Source of the DNA: an uncultured Bacilli bacterium
GTDB lineage: Bacteria; Bacillota_I; Bacilli_A; RF39; UBA660
Direction of reading: 5' to 3'
Length of the DNA: 39,716 nt
Assembly (NCBI GenBank): GCA_947632275.1
Contig: CANROR010000002.1
Coordinates: forward strand, 1-39,716
Under the pieces are notes generated by a model. The model had not been told where the DNA came from, did not search any database, and saw nothing but the letters and a program-made list of their open reading frames with translations. Each line of letters opens with the position of its first letter. Within the stretch, counting starts at the first letter, position 1. The position numbers and the translations under genes were made by a program. Positions 27,818 through 36,592 of the stretch are shown piece after piece.

Positions 27818-28654
27818 ATGAAAAAAGAAAGAGAAGCCTTATATTTCAGTATTTTAATCAATATTATGGTGGCTATTTTAAAACTTGTTGGTGGCTTTTT
27901 TTATGGTTCTTATACCTTAATTACCGATGCTTATTATACAATTTGTGATTTTATTACTGATATTATTGCTTTAATAAGCGCTAAAATTAGCAAAAGAAGA
28001 GCTAATAAAAGATTTCCTTTTGGTTATGGAAGAATTGAATATATCGCCGAAATGATCATTGGTTTTTTAATTTTTGCTTTTGGTCTTTGGGCTATAATTA
28101 ATTCTTTTAATTTAACTTATAGTAAACCGAATTTAAATATTATTTATCTTATAATTTTTGTTATTTTTCTTAAAGCTTTAAGTTGTAATTATTTAAATTA
28201 TGTGGGCAAGAAAACCCGGAGTCAGATTTTAATCTCGGCCAGTAAAGAATCTTTTTTAGATGTTTTATCATCAATTATGGTTTTATTTGTTGTTTTAGTT
28301 GGACAAATTTTTACCTTTGTTGATTTAATTGGTTCGTTATTTATTGCTATTTTAATTCTTGGCTTTGGAATAAAGATAATTATTGATAATATTTTTGGTT
28401 TGGTAGGCGAAGATGAAAATGATGCCTCCATCAAAAAAGAAATTGAAAAAATAATTAATGCTCATAAGATTTTAACTTATAGTGATGCATCTTTAATTAA
28501 AAGTGGCCCTTACTATCAAGCCGATATTGAAGTGGCTGTCGATCAAAATATGCCGGTCAAAGATTTAATTAAAATGGAAATGAAATTAAAAAAACAAATA
28601 AAAAAATTAAAATATAATATTAAATTTATTGATTTTGATTTTATTGTGCGTTAA
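27818..28654 (+). CDS. Cation diffusion facilitator family transporter (second copy, divergent metal site)
   Basis: CDF layout (SYTLITDAYYTICDFITD in TM2; RFPFGYGRIE loop). TM5 has ESFLD instead of HxxxD. Confidence 0.75.
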   Translation: MKKEREALYFSILINIMVAILKLVGGFFYGSYTLITDAYYTICDFITDIIALISAKISKRRANKRFPFGYGRIEYIAEMIIGFLIFAFGLWAIINSFNLTYSKPNLNIIYLIIFVIFLKALSCNYLNYVGKKTRSQILISASKESFLDVLSSIMVLFVVLVGQIFTFVDLIGSLFIAILILGFGIKIIIDNIFGLVGEDENDASIKKEIEKIINAHKILTYSDASLIKSGPYYQADIEVAVDQNMPVKDLIKMEMKLKKQIKKLKYNIKFIDFDFIVR

Positions 28655-28702
28655 ATTGACAAATTTCGTTATTTCCTTTATTATTGTTTTAGGAGGAATA
28701 CG

Positions 28703-29233
28703 ATGAATAAAAAACAAATTGTCGACTTAATTATTGCGATCTTTTTAATAATTGGGGGATCAACTTTACTAGTTTTTCCTTTGTTTCATTTTGTCAGTGT
28801 TAAACCAATTTTCATGGGCATTCTAGGAATGTATGGTCTACTTAATTTAATTCAATTTATTTTGACTAAAGAGGCCAAAGATTACGAAGGACTATTTACC
28901 ACGATTGCCTCACTTATTACTTTGGTAGTCGTTTGGAAACTTGATATTGCTAAGGTTCCTTGGTATTTAGCTTTAGCCTTATTTATTTGGATTATTATGA
29001 TGGCTTTAATCAAACTTAAAAAAGCGGATTATTATAATGACCGAAAGAATAGTGTTTGGATTTTAAAAATAGTTACGTTGATTTTCTTTATTTTAATTGG
29101 GTTACTTGCCACAATTAATTTGTACTATGAAGCAGATGTTCAAGTTTTAGTTTTAGGCTTTTTCTTTTTAGTTCATGGCATGTTAGAATTATTTGATCCT
29201 TTAACCGTTTATTTAATTGAAAAGAAAAAGTAG
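28703..29233 (+). CDS. Integral membrane protein (5-6 TM, HdeD/DUF308-like?)
   Basis: Hydrophobic ORF, AGGAGG SD, TTGACA-17-TATTAT promoter upstream. Confidence 0.55.
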   Translation: MNKKQIVDLIIAIFLIIGGSTLLVFPLFHFVSVKPIFMGILGMYGLLNLIQFILTKEAKDYEGLFTTIASLITLVVVWKLDIAKVPWYLALALFIWIIMMALIKLKKADYYNDRKNSVWILKIVTLIFFILIGLLATINLYYEADVQVLVLGFFFLVHGMLELFDPLTVYLIEKKK

Positions 29234-29286
29234 TTATTAAAATAGAAATATCCTCATATAATTTTTTTGAAAGAGGGTATCTAATA

Positions 29287-29550
29287 ATGGAAATTCTAAA
29301 AGTTTCATCAAAATCTAATCCGAGTAAGGTGGCTGGGGCCATAGCAAATATTTATCGTGAAAATGGCAGTGTCGAAATTCAAACGGTAGGAGCCGGATCA
29401 CTTAATCAAGCGATTAAAGCGATTGCGATATGCCGGGGATTTGTCGCCCCGACGGGTGATAATCTCGTAGTTATTCCGGCTTTTAATGATATCATGATTA
29501 ATGGTGAACAAAAAACGGCTTTAAAATTAATTGTCGAAAATAAACAATAA
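29287..29550 (+). CDS. spoVS: Stage V sporulation protein S family
   Basis: MEILKVSSKSNPSKVAGAIA...GAGSLNQAIKAIAI, highly characteristic; 87 aa. Confidence 0.9.
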   Translation: MEILKVSSKSNPSKVAGAIANIYRENGSVEIQTVGAGSLNQAIKAIAICRGFVAPTGDNLVVIPAFNDIMINGEQKTALKLIVENKQ

Positions 29551-29576
29551 AAACTTTCAGAGAGAAAGTTTTTTTC
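29551..29576 (+). terminator. Intrinsic terminator after spoVS
   Basis: AAACTTTC / GAAAGTTT stem, 5-nt loop, T-run. Confidence 0.7.
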
Positions 29577-29634
29577 ATGAATAAATAAACATGAAGTCAA
29601 ACATAATGAACATAGAATGTTATAGGAGGGTCTT

Positions 29635-31749
29635 ATGTTTGACTTTTTTAATATCGAAATAAATAAATTATTTAAACAAAGTGAAAAGGAAATGCTTGCT
29701 TTAAACCATCCTTATGTCGGGACCGAACATTTATTACTAGCCTTACTTAAACTTTCGGAAAGTATTCAAAAAATTGCAATAGAATACGATTTAACTTACG
29801 CAAGTTTTAAAAATGAACTATTAAGAGTCGTGGGTTCGGCAACAAAGAAAAGTAGTTATATTTTATATACGCCGCTTTTAAAAAGAGTTATAAAAAATGC
29901 GACTAGTATTGCCATGAATGATAACGAAGAATTAACTTATAAACATTTTTTAGCCGCTTTAATTGAAGAAGGGGAAGGAATTGCTATTCGCGTTTTAATT
30001 GGTATGGGAATAGATATCGAAGCTTTATATGAAGATATCATGGATTCACCGAGTACATTAGAAAAATTAGAAATTTTAACTATTGGTAAAAACTTAAATG
30101 AATTAGTTAATAAAGAAGAAAATTTAATTGGTCGCGAAAAAGAATTAAATAATATGCTAGAAACTTTAATGCGAAAAGATAAAAATAATCCGTTATTAAT
30201 TGGTCCGGCCGGAGTGGGGAAAACGGCTATCGTCGAACAACTAGCGCGCCTAATCGAAAAAGGCGATATTCCCACCCGGTTAAAAAACAAAAAAATTATT
30301 ATGTTAGAGATGGGGTCACTTGTCGCCGGAACTAAATATCGGGGCGAATTTGAAGAACGCCTAACTAAAATTATTAAAGAACTAGAACAAAATCCGAATT
30401 TAATTTTATTTATTGACGAAATTCATGCTATGGTTAATGCCGGTGGGGCCGAAGGAGCCATAAATGCCGCGGATATTTTAAAACCTTATTTAGCCCGGGG
30501 AACGATTAAATGCATTGGGGCTACTACTACCCAAGAATATAATAAATTCATTGCTCGCGATAAGGCTTTAGCGCGCCGTTTTGAAATCATCAATGTTCAA
30601 GAACCAAGTGAAGAAGAAACAATTAATATTTTAAGTAAAGTTAAAGGCAATTATGAAAAACATTATAATTTAAAGATAAAAAATGAAGCGATTAAAAAAA
30701 TTGTTCAATTAACGAACAAATATATTTTTGATAAAAGAAATCCCGACAAATCATTAGATGTTTTAGATTCGGTTTGTTCTTATTTAACAATTAAAAGTGA
30801 ACATGTAAAAAAATCTAATAATTATGAACAAAAATTACAAGAATTAAAACGCGAAAAAGAAAAATTAATTCAAGCAAATAATTTCGCGGAAGCAATTAAA
30901 ATTCATGAAGAAGAAAAGAAGTTGCAAGAAAAAATTAATAATATGGATACCAAGAAAAAACTAAATATCAGTGAAAAAGATATTTATTATGTAATTGGTA
31001 AAAAAGTAAATATTCCTTTACCAGAAGAAAAAAAGAATTTACTTGGTAATTTAGAAAAAGTTTTAGGCCAAAAAATATTAGGCCAAGAACAAGCAATAAG
31101 TAAAATTTTACAAACCTTGAAAAATAAATTTTATGATAATAATTTGCCAATTTCCTTTATTTTTAATGGCGATATTGGGGTGGGTAAAACGTATACGGCC
31201 AATCTCATGGGCCAAAATTTGAAGATGACATCATTAAATTTAGATTTCGCCGATTATGCGAATAATGCCACCATAACCCGGTTAATTGGTTCTAGTGCCG
31301 GTTTTGTAGGTTATGATGATGAACCGATCTTTAATGAAATAAAATATAATCCTTATAGTCTAATTGTGATTGAAAATTATGCTTTAGGTTGTATGGAAAT
31401 TAAGAAAATGTTGGACCAAATAATTGAAAAAGGCTTAATTAAAAATGCGAAGGGAGAAGACATATCTTTTAAAAATACGATAATCATTATTAATACAAAC
31501 TTAAAGAAAATAAATAAAGTAGGTTTTGAATCAAATTTAAGTAATAATTATGATGATTTAAATATTAATAAATTATTAGATAAAGTAAATGAGATAATTG
31601 AATTTAAAAATTTAAATGAAGAAATGGTTTTAAAATATTTAGAATTAAATAATTATCCCAAAACTTTAATCAAAGATCTTAATTATGCAAAAGGTGGTTT
31701 TAAAACCATTATTAAAGCTTTAAAAAATAAAAAAGAATTAGTCAAGTAA
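29635..31749 (+). CDS. clpC: ClpC-like class I AAA+ chaperone with degenerate second nucleotide-binding domain
   Basis: Two Clp_N repeats. D1 has GPAGVGKT / LFIDEIH / ARRFE, followed by a short coiled coil. D2 has GDIGVGKT but VIENY in place of the DE Walker B. A VGF loop is present. 704 aa. Confidence 0.75.
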   Translation: MFDFFNIEINKLFKQSEKEMLALNHPYVGTEHLLLALLKLSESIQKIAIEYDLTYASFKNELLRVVGSATKKSSYILYTPLLKRVIKNATSIAMNDNEELTYKHFLAALIEEGEGIAIRVLIGMGIDIEALYEDIMDSPSTLEKLEILTIGKNLNELVNKEENLIGREKELNNMLETLMRKDKNNPLLIGPAGVGKTAIVEQLARLIEKGDIPTRLKNKKIIMLEMGSLVAGTKYRGEFEERLTKIIKELEQNPNLILFIDEIHAMVNAGGAEGAINAADILKPYLARGTIKCIGATTTQEYNKFIARDKALARRFEIINVQEPSEEETINILSKVKGNYEKHYNLKIKNEAIKKIVQLTNKYIFDKRNPDKSLDVLDSVCSYLTIKSEHVKKSNNYEQKLQELKREKEKLIQANNFAEAIKIHEEEKKLQEKINNMDTKKKLNISEKDIYYVIGKKVNIPLPEEKKNLLGNLEKVLGQKILGQEQAISKILQTLKNKFYDNNLPISFIFNGDIGVGKTYTANLMGQNLKMTSLNLDFADYANNATITRLIGSSAGFVGYDDEPIFNEIKYNPYSLIVIENYALGCMEIKKMLDQIIEKGLIKNAKGEDISFKNTIIIINTNLKKINKVGFESNLSNNYDDLNINKLLDKVNEIIEFKNLNEEMVLKYLELNNYPKTLIKDLNYAKGGFKTIIKALKNKKELVK

Positions 31750-31755
31750 AAAGAC

Positions 31756-31784
31756 TTGTCAAAAGAAATAATTTTTCTTATAAT
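31756..31784 (+). promoter_or_regulatory. Near-consensus promoter TTGTCA-17-TATAAT (candidate antitoxin sRNA promoter)
   Basis: Read directly from sequence. Lies 7 nt after the clpC-like stop, with no protein ORF downstream. Confidence 0.6.
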
Positions 31785-31790
31785 AAAAAT

Positions 31791-31860
31791 GTAAGTGTTA
31801 CCTACCAAGGGGAGCACCTACGTGATTGTAAATGCTCCTTACTTGTGAGGAGTATTTTTA
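31791..31860 (+). ncRNA. Candidate about 70-nt antisense sRNA (type I antitoxin)
   Basis: Bounded by the promoter above and the hairpin TGCTCCT / AGGAGTA + T5 (31833-31860). Fully complementary to the 3' end of the minus-strand mini-ORF mRNA. Confidence 0.4.
31797..31818. repeat. Inverted-repeat arm L (GTTACCTACCAAGGGGAGCACC)
   Basis: Complementary to 31998-32018 (7 bp + internal loop + about 8-10 bp). Confidence 0.7.
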
Positions 31861-31922
31861 ATTGTTAAGTTTTTGCAAACTAACAACAAGACTAAAAGTC
31901 TTAGAAAATAAATTTCAGTCAT
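31839..31922 (-). CDS. Candidate type I toxin, 27 aa MTEIYFLRLLVLLLVCKNLTIKNTPHK
   Basis: AAGGAGGG SD, 5-nt spacer, ATG. Hydrophobic helix plus basic tail. Not in the supplied ORF track (too short). Confidence 0.45.
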   Translation of the reverse strand: MTEIYFLRLLVLLLVCKNLTIKNTPHK

Positions 31923-31997
31923 GTAATCCCTCCTTAACTAACCTGTTTAAACCAAGATGATAAGGAAAAGAGTAACAACCAAAACATCCCCATAAAA

Positions 31998-32018
31998 GGT
32001 GCTCCTCTAAAAGGTAAC
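31998..32018. repeat. Inverted-repeat arm R (GGTGCTCCTCTAAAAGGTAAC)
   Basis: Reverse complement GTTACCTTTTAGAGGAGCACC matches arm L. Sits immediately downstream of a minus-strand TATAAT (32027-32032). Confidence 0.7.
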
Positions 32019-32114
32019 GGTTAACTATTATATTGCTTAAAAAAATAAAGGTAAGCGATTCGACAAAACAAGACAAAAGTTTTAAAAAAAGTTAAGATAA
32101 AGAGAAGGTGAAAG

Positions 32115-32534
32115 ATGAAAAAAGTAATAATTATACTTGTAATTGTGATGATTCTAGGTGGTTGCTTAGCAAATAAAAAAGAAGAAACAAAGGAGAATAG
32201 GGAAACGATGAAAGTAAAAATAAATGATACGAATGTAACTATAGATTGGGAAGACAATGAAACAGTTAGCGAATTATTAAAGCATTTGCCTTTAAGCGGA
32301 GAAATGCAAGAATTAAATGGTAATGAAAAATATCTTTATTTAGATTATAGTTTGCCTACTGCTAGTTTTAATCCCCAAGAAATTAAGACGGGCGATGTTT
32401 ATCTTTATGGTAATAATTGTTTAGTTATTTTTTATCAAGATTTTGCCACCAGTTATAGTTATACCAAAATTGGTCATATTTCCGATTTACCAAATATAGG
32501 TCAAGAAAATATTTCTTTAACAATTGAAAAATAA
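32115..32534 (+). CDS. Lipoprotein, cyclophilin-like-fold family (putative)
   Basis: Lipobox ILGGC. Mature part VKINDTNVTIDWEDNETVSELLKHLPL...NEKY resembles cyclophilin-like DUF proteins as I remember them. Confidence 0.55.
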   Translation: MKKVIIILVIVMILGGCLANKKEETKENRETMKVKINDTNVTIDWEDNETVSELLKHLPLSGEMQELNGNEKYLYLDYSLPTASFNPQEIKTGDVYLYGNNCLVIFYQDFATSYSYTKIGHISDLPNIGQENISLTIEK

Positions 32535-32598
32535 TTTTTTTCAATAATGTAACTTAGTTGTAACTTTGGCTATAATATAATTATCTTGAGGTGGAAAA

Positions 32599-33273
32599 AT
32601 GGAAATTTTAAAAGTCGAAAATTTAACCAAAATCTATGGCAAAGATACAACTAAGGTTGTGGCTTTAGATCATGTTTCTTTTAGTGTGGAAAAGGGGGAA
32701 TTTGTCGCCATTGTTGGTGCTTCCGGCAGTGGTAAATCGACGCTTTTACATTTAATCGGGGGTGTTGATCGGCCAACCAGTGGCAAAGTTTTGGTCGATG
32801 GCGAAGATATTTTTAATTTTGATGAAGACAAACTAGCAATTTTTCGCCGGCGGCAAGTGGGATTAATTTATCAATTTTATAATTTAATTCCCATTCTTAA
32901 TGTCGAAGAAAACATAACTTTACCGCTTGCTTTAGATAATCGGCAAGTAGATCAAGAAAAATTACAAGAATTATTACTTTTATTAGGCTTAAATAATCGC
33001 AAAAATCATTTGCCAAATGAACTATCCGGCGGCCAACAACAACGAACGAGTATTGGTCGCGCGCTTATTACCAATCCCGCCCTTATTTTAGCCGATGAAC
33101 CAACCGGGAATTTAGATACCAAAGCGAGCGAAGAAATTGTCGCATTACTCAAAAAAACGAATAAAGAATTAAAACAAACGATAGTTATGATTACCCATAA
33201 CCTAGAAATCGCAGCGGCAGCCGACCGGATTATTAAACTGGAAGATGGCAAAATCGTAGATGGAGATAAATAA
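32599..33273 (+). CDS. ABC transporter ATP-binding protein (MacB/FtsE-type)
   Basis: Walker A GASGSGKST, Q-loop, signature LSGGQQQR, Walker B ILADEPTGNLD, H-loop ITHN. Confidence 0.9.
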   Translation: MEILKVENLTKIYGKDTTKVVALDHVSFSVEKGEFVAIVGASGSGKSTLLHLIGGVDRPTSGKVLVDGEDIFNFDEDKLAIFRRRQVGLIYQFYNLIPILNVEENITLPLALDNRQVDQEKLQELLLLLGLNNRKNHLPNELSGGQQQRTSIGRALITNPALILADEPTGNLDTKASEEIVALLKKTNKELKQTIVMITHNLEIAAAADRIIKLEDGKIVDGDK

Positions 33274-35858
33274 TGAATATTCTCCATAAGTTAACATTTA
33301 AAAATTTAAAGTTAAATAAAAAAAGAACAATTGTCACCATTATTGGCATAATTTTGTCGGTGGCTTTAATCACGGCCGTTGCCAGTATGTATTCAAGTTT
33401 AATTGCTTCAATGATTAAATATGAAAAGTATGAAAAAGGAAATTTTCATGTAGCTTTTTATGAAGTACCTCAAGCGGATTTAAAAACATTTAAAAGTAAT
33501 CGGGAAATTGAAGATTTTTACTTGACGGAAGATCTGGGTTATGCCAAGTATGAAAAAATTGCTAATCCGGGGAAACCTTATCTTAATATAAAAGGTTTTA
33601 ATGCTAAATCTTTGGAAAATCTAGCAATTAAACTAGTGGAAGGAAGGCTTCCAGAAAATAGTGAGGAAATTGTTATTCCGACTCATTTAAAAACCAATGG
33701 TCGCGTTGATTTAAAAATTGGGGATACGCTTACATTAGAAGTTGGCAAAAGAATTGATAAACAAGGTAATATTTTAAATCAAAGTAATCCTTATCAAGAA
33801 GAAAATTTGGAACAAATAATTGATAGGGTTATGAAAACTTTTAAAATTGTCGGGATTATTGAAAGGCCGGCCAATAATGTCGAAGCTTATTCGGCGCCCG
33901 GTTATACTTTAATTACCTATAGTGATTTAAGTAAGGCCAGTCTCGTTGATGTCTATACCCGGTTAACGAAAAAAGAAACTAAAGACTATATTACTTATAC
34001 CGCGGGTATTTTAGAAATTGATCCCGACATTTTCCAAAATTATGTTGATATTAATGCCAAATATGAAAGTCATTTGCAAGCTGTAGAGGCCGTAAATAAA
34101 GCTAAATATCAAATTAATATTAATCAATATTTAGTCGATTTAGAAACTAATCCCTTTCATAATTCTTCACTTGGGGAAATGGGAATGGTTGTTCTAATTG
34201 TTTGCGTAATAATTGTCGTTACTTCGGTTTTTTGTATCAAAAATAGTTTTGATATATCAATTACCGAGAAAACTAAACAATATGGCATGCTTCGAAGTAT
34301 TGGCGCAACTAAAAAACAAATTCGCAAGAATGTCTTTTTTGAAGCAACGATTCTCGGTTTAATTGGGATTCCGATTGGCCTATTATGTGGATTACTTGCT
34401 TCTTACATTTTAGTCTTTGTTTGTAATTATTTTTTAGCCGGTTCGCTAGAAGAAAATTTAGAAATTATTTTTGCTTTTTCTTACCTTGCTATAATAGTTG
34501 CCATTATTCTCGGGATGCTTACCATTTATCTTTCGGCGTTAAGGAGTGCGCGTCGGGCCGCGAAAGTAAGTCCAATTGATTCAATCAGAAATAGTGCCGA
34601 TTTAAAAATCAAAAGGAAAAAAGTTAAAAGTAATAAATTAGTTACTAAATTATTTGGTATCGGTGGCGATCTATCTTATAAAAATATCAAAAGAAATAAG
34701 AAAAAATATCGCACAACGACAATTTCGATTATTACTTCGGTGACTGTTTTTATTGCTTTATCGTCTTTTATGAATTTAGCCTTTAAATCCGTCGAAGGCG
34801 AGTTAAACTTGCAAGATTATAATTTATCTTTAGGTCTTACATTTGGGGCTAAAACTAAAGATAAAATAAAAGAAATTGAGATGCAAGAAAATATCAACGA
34901 TTACATAATTGAACGGATGGATAGCATAAGAATTGTAAGTCCCAAGTATAATTCGCAATTTTTAGAAAAAATAAATTTTACGCCGGAAGATGAAGACGAA
35001 AGTTATATTTCAATTATGGCTATCGGCGATATTCCTTATCAAAAATACCTAAAAAAATTAGGCTTGGATTATGAAGAAGTAAAAAATAAAGGTATTCTTT
35101 TAGATAAAGTTACGATTAATGTAAGTGATGGAAAAGAAAATATGCATACTTATCGCTTAAGAAAATTTAATTATCAAGCCGGTGATGAAGTAAAGGCTAG
35201 TGATGGAACTTTTCAAATTAATTTGGCTTTAATAACCGACAAGTTACCAATGGGAATAAGTGAAAGCCGCTCAAACAGTATCATTATTGTTAGTGATGCC
35301 GTCTTTGAACAATATTTTGCCGATGGATATACTTATATATTTATTGATTCTAGTGATGCTGCCAAAACTCAAGATGCTATTGATAAAATAATGGCTGGTG
35401 AAGAATATTCTTTAGAGAATATTGAAGAAAATGCGAAAATTATGCAAAACTTATTTACCTTAATTGGTATTTTCCTATATGGCTTTATTATTGTTATCTC
35501 TTTAATTGGCATCACGAATATTTTTAATACGATTACAACGAGTATGGAACTAAGAAAAGGGGAATTTGCCATGCTAAAATCTATTGGCATGACTACGAAA
35601 GAATTTAATCATATGATTCGTTTAGAAAGTATTTTCATTGGTCTTAAATCTTTGCTTTGGGGTATTCCTTTGGGCATAGTTTTATCCGTATTTATTTATC
35701 ACACAGGCGATATGGATTATGCTTATGAAGTGCCAATTTTGGCAATCATTCTAGCAATTCTAGTAGTCTTCCTGTTAATAACTTTAATTATGAAATATTC
35801 GCTTCATAAAATAAAAGGCCAAAATACCATTGAAACCATTCGAAATGAAAATATTTAA
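33273..35858 (+). CDS. ABC transporter permease, tandem FtsX/MacB-type (2 x [TM-ectodomain-3TM])
   Basis: 861 aa, 8 predicted TM, two large extracytoplasmic domains. 1-nt TAATG overlap with the ATPase gene. Confidence 0.8.
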   Translation: MNILHKLTFKNLKLNKKRTIVTIIGIILSVALITAVASMYSSLIASMIKYEKYEKGNFHVAFYEVPQADLKTFKSNREIEDFYLTEDLGYAKYEKIANPGKPYLNIKGFNAKSLENLAIKLVEGRLPENSEEIVIPTHLKTNGRVDLKIGDTLTLEVGKRIDKQGNILNQSNPYQEENLEQIIDRVMKTFKIVGIIERPANNVEAYSAPGYTLITYSDLSKASLVDVYTRLTKKETKDYITYTAGILEIDPDIFQNYVDINAKYESHLQAVEAVNKAKYQININQYLVDLETNPFHNSSLGEMGMVVLIVCVIIVVTSVFCIKNSFDISITEKTKQYGMLRSIGATKKQIRKNVFFEATILGLIGIPIGLLCGLLASYILVFVCNYFLAGSLEENLEIIFAFSYLAIIVAIILGMLTIYLSALRSARRAAKVSPIDSIRNSADLKIKRKKVKSNKLVTKLFGIGGDLSYKNIKRNKKKYRTTTISIITSVTVFIALSSFMNLAFKSVEGELNLQDYNLSLGLTFGAKTKDKIKEIEMQENINDYIIERMDSIRIVSPKYNSQFLEKINFTPEDEDESYISIMAIGDIPYQKYLKKLGLDYEEVKNKGILLDKVTINVSDGKENMHTYRLRKFNYQAGDEVKASDGTFQINLALITDKLPMGISESRSNSIIIVSDAVFEQYFADGYTYIFIDSSDAAKTQDAIDKIMAGEEYSLENIEENAKIMQNLFTLIGIFLYGFIIVISLIGITNIFNTITTSMELRKGEFAMLKSIGMTTKEFNHMIRLESIFIGLKSLLWGIPLGIVLSVFIYHTGDMDYAYEVPILAIILAILVVFLLITLIMKYSLHKIKGQNTIETIRNENI

Positions 35859-35938
35859 AAAACTTCAAATTATTTGAAGTTTTTTGGTAATTGACTATTT
35901 AAATTCCTAATGTTAGGATAAATAAAGGGAAAGAATTT

Positions 35939-36592
35939 ATGAAAATACTTTTAATCGAAGATAATGAAATAATTGTTAAAGGCTTAAAATATGCTTTAGA
36001 AAAAGATGGTTATCAAGTAATGGTGGCAAATAATTTAAAAATGGCACAAGATTATTTAAAAAAAGAAGAATTAAATTTAGTTATTTTAGATTTAACGTTG
36101 CCCGATGGAAATGGTTTTACTTTTTATGAAAAATTTATTAAAGCTAATAATCTTGCCACTATTATATTGACGGCTAAGGACGAAGAAGATGATATTGTTT
36201 ATGGCCTTAATATGGGAGCCGAAGATTATTTAACCAAACCTTTTAGTACCAAAGAATTATTAGCACGGATTAATAAAATATTTTTAAGGCAAAAAAGAAA
36301 TAGTATTATTAAAGTTAAAGATATCAGTTTTGATTTAGAAAAAATGGTTGTTAAGCGAGATGAAGAAATAATAGAACTAACCGCTTTAGAATTAAAATTA
36401 CTGCAACTATTATTTTTAAATTTAAATAAAGTGGTAACTCGTAGTGCCATTTTAGATACAATTTGGGATATCACAGGTAATGATGTGGATAATCATACTA
36501 TTACTGTTTATTTTAAAAGAATAAGAGAAAAATTAGGAACTGATATTATTAAAACTATTAAAGGAATAGGATATAGAATCGATAATGAATAA
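35939..36592 (+). CDS. OmpR-family response regulator
   Basis: Receiver domain (ILLIEDN, LVILDLTLPDG, K in TAK), plus Trans_reg_C wHTH (TVYFKRIREKL, GIGYRI). Confidence 0.9.
   Translation: MKILLIEDNEIIVKGLKYALEKDGYQVMVANNLKMAQDYLKKEELNLVILDLTLPDGNGFTFYEKFIKANNLATIILTAKDEEDDIVYGLNMGAEDYLTKPFSTKELLARINKIFLRQKRNSIIKVKDISFDLEKMVVKRDEEIIELTALELKLLQLLFLNLNKVVTRSAILDTIWDITGNDVDNHTITVYFKRIREKLGTDIIKTIKGIGYRIDNE

Noticed and set aside
29595-29611. AGTCAAA-CAT-AATGAAC upstream of the clpC-like gene as a CtsR operator.
   Set aside because: Only the first heptad matches the (A/G)GTCAAA repeat; the second matches 4 of 7. No ctsR gene is present in the window.
31790-32110. Known structured RNAs (SRP/4.5S, 6S, tmRNA, RNase P, riboswitch) in the clpC-lipoprotein spacer.
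   Set aside because: No conserved motif of these families was recognised. The strong SD plus hydrophobic mini-ORF and convergent promoter fit a type I TA better. A covariance-model scan (Rfam) would be needed to be sure.
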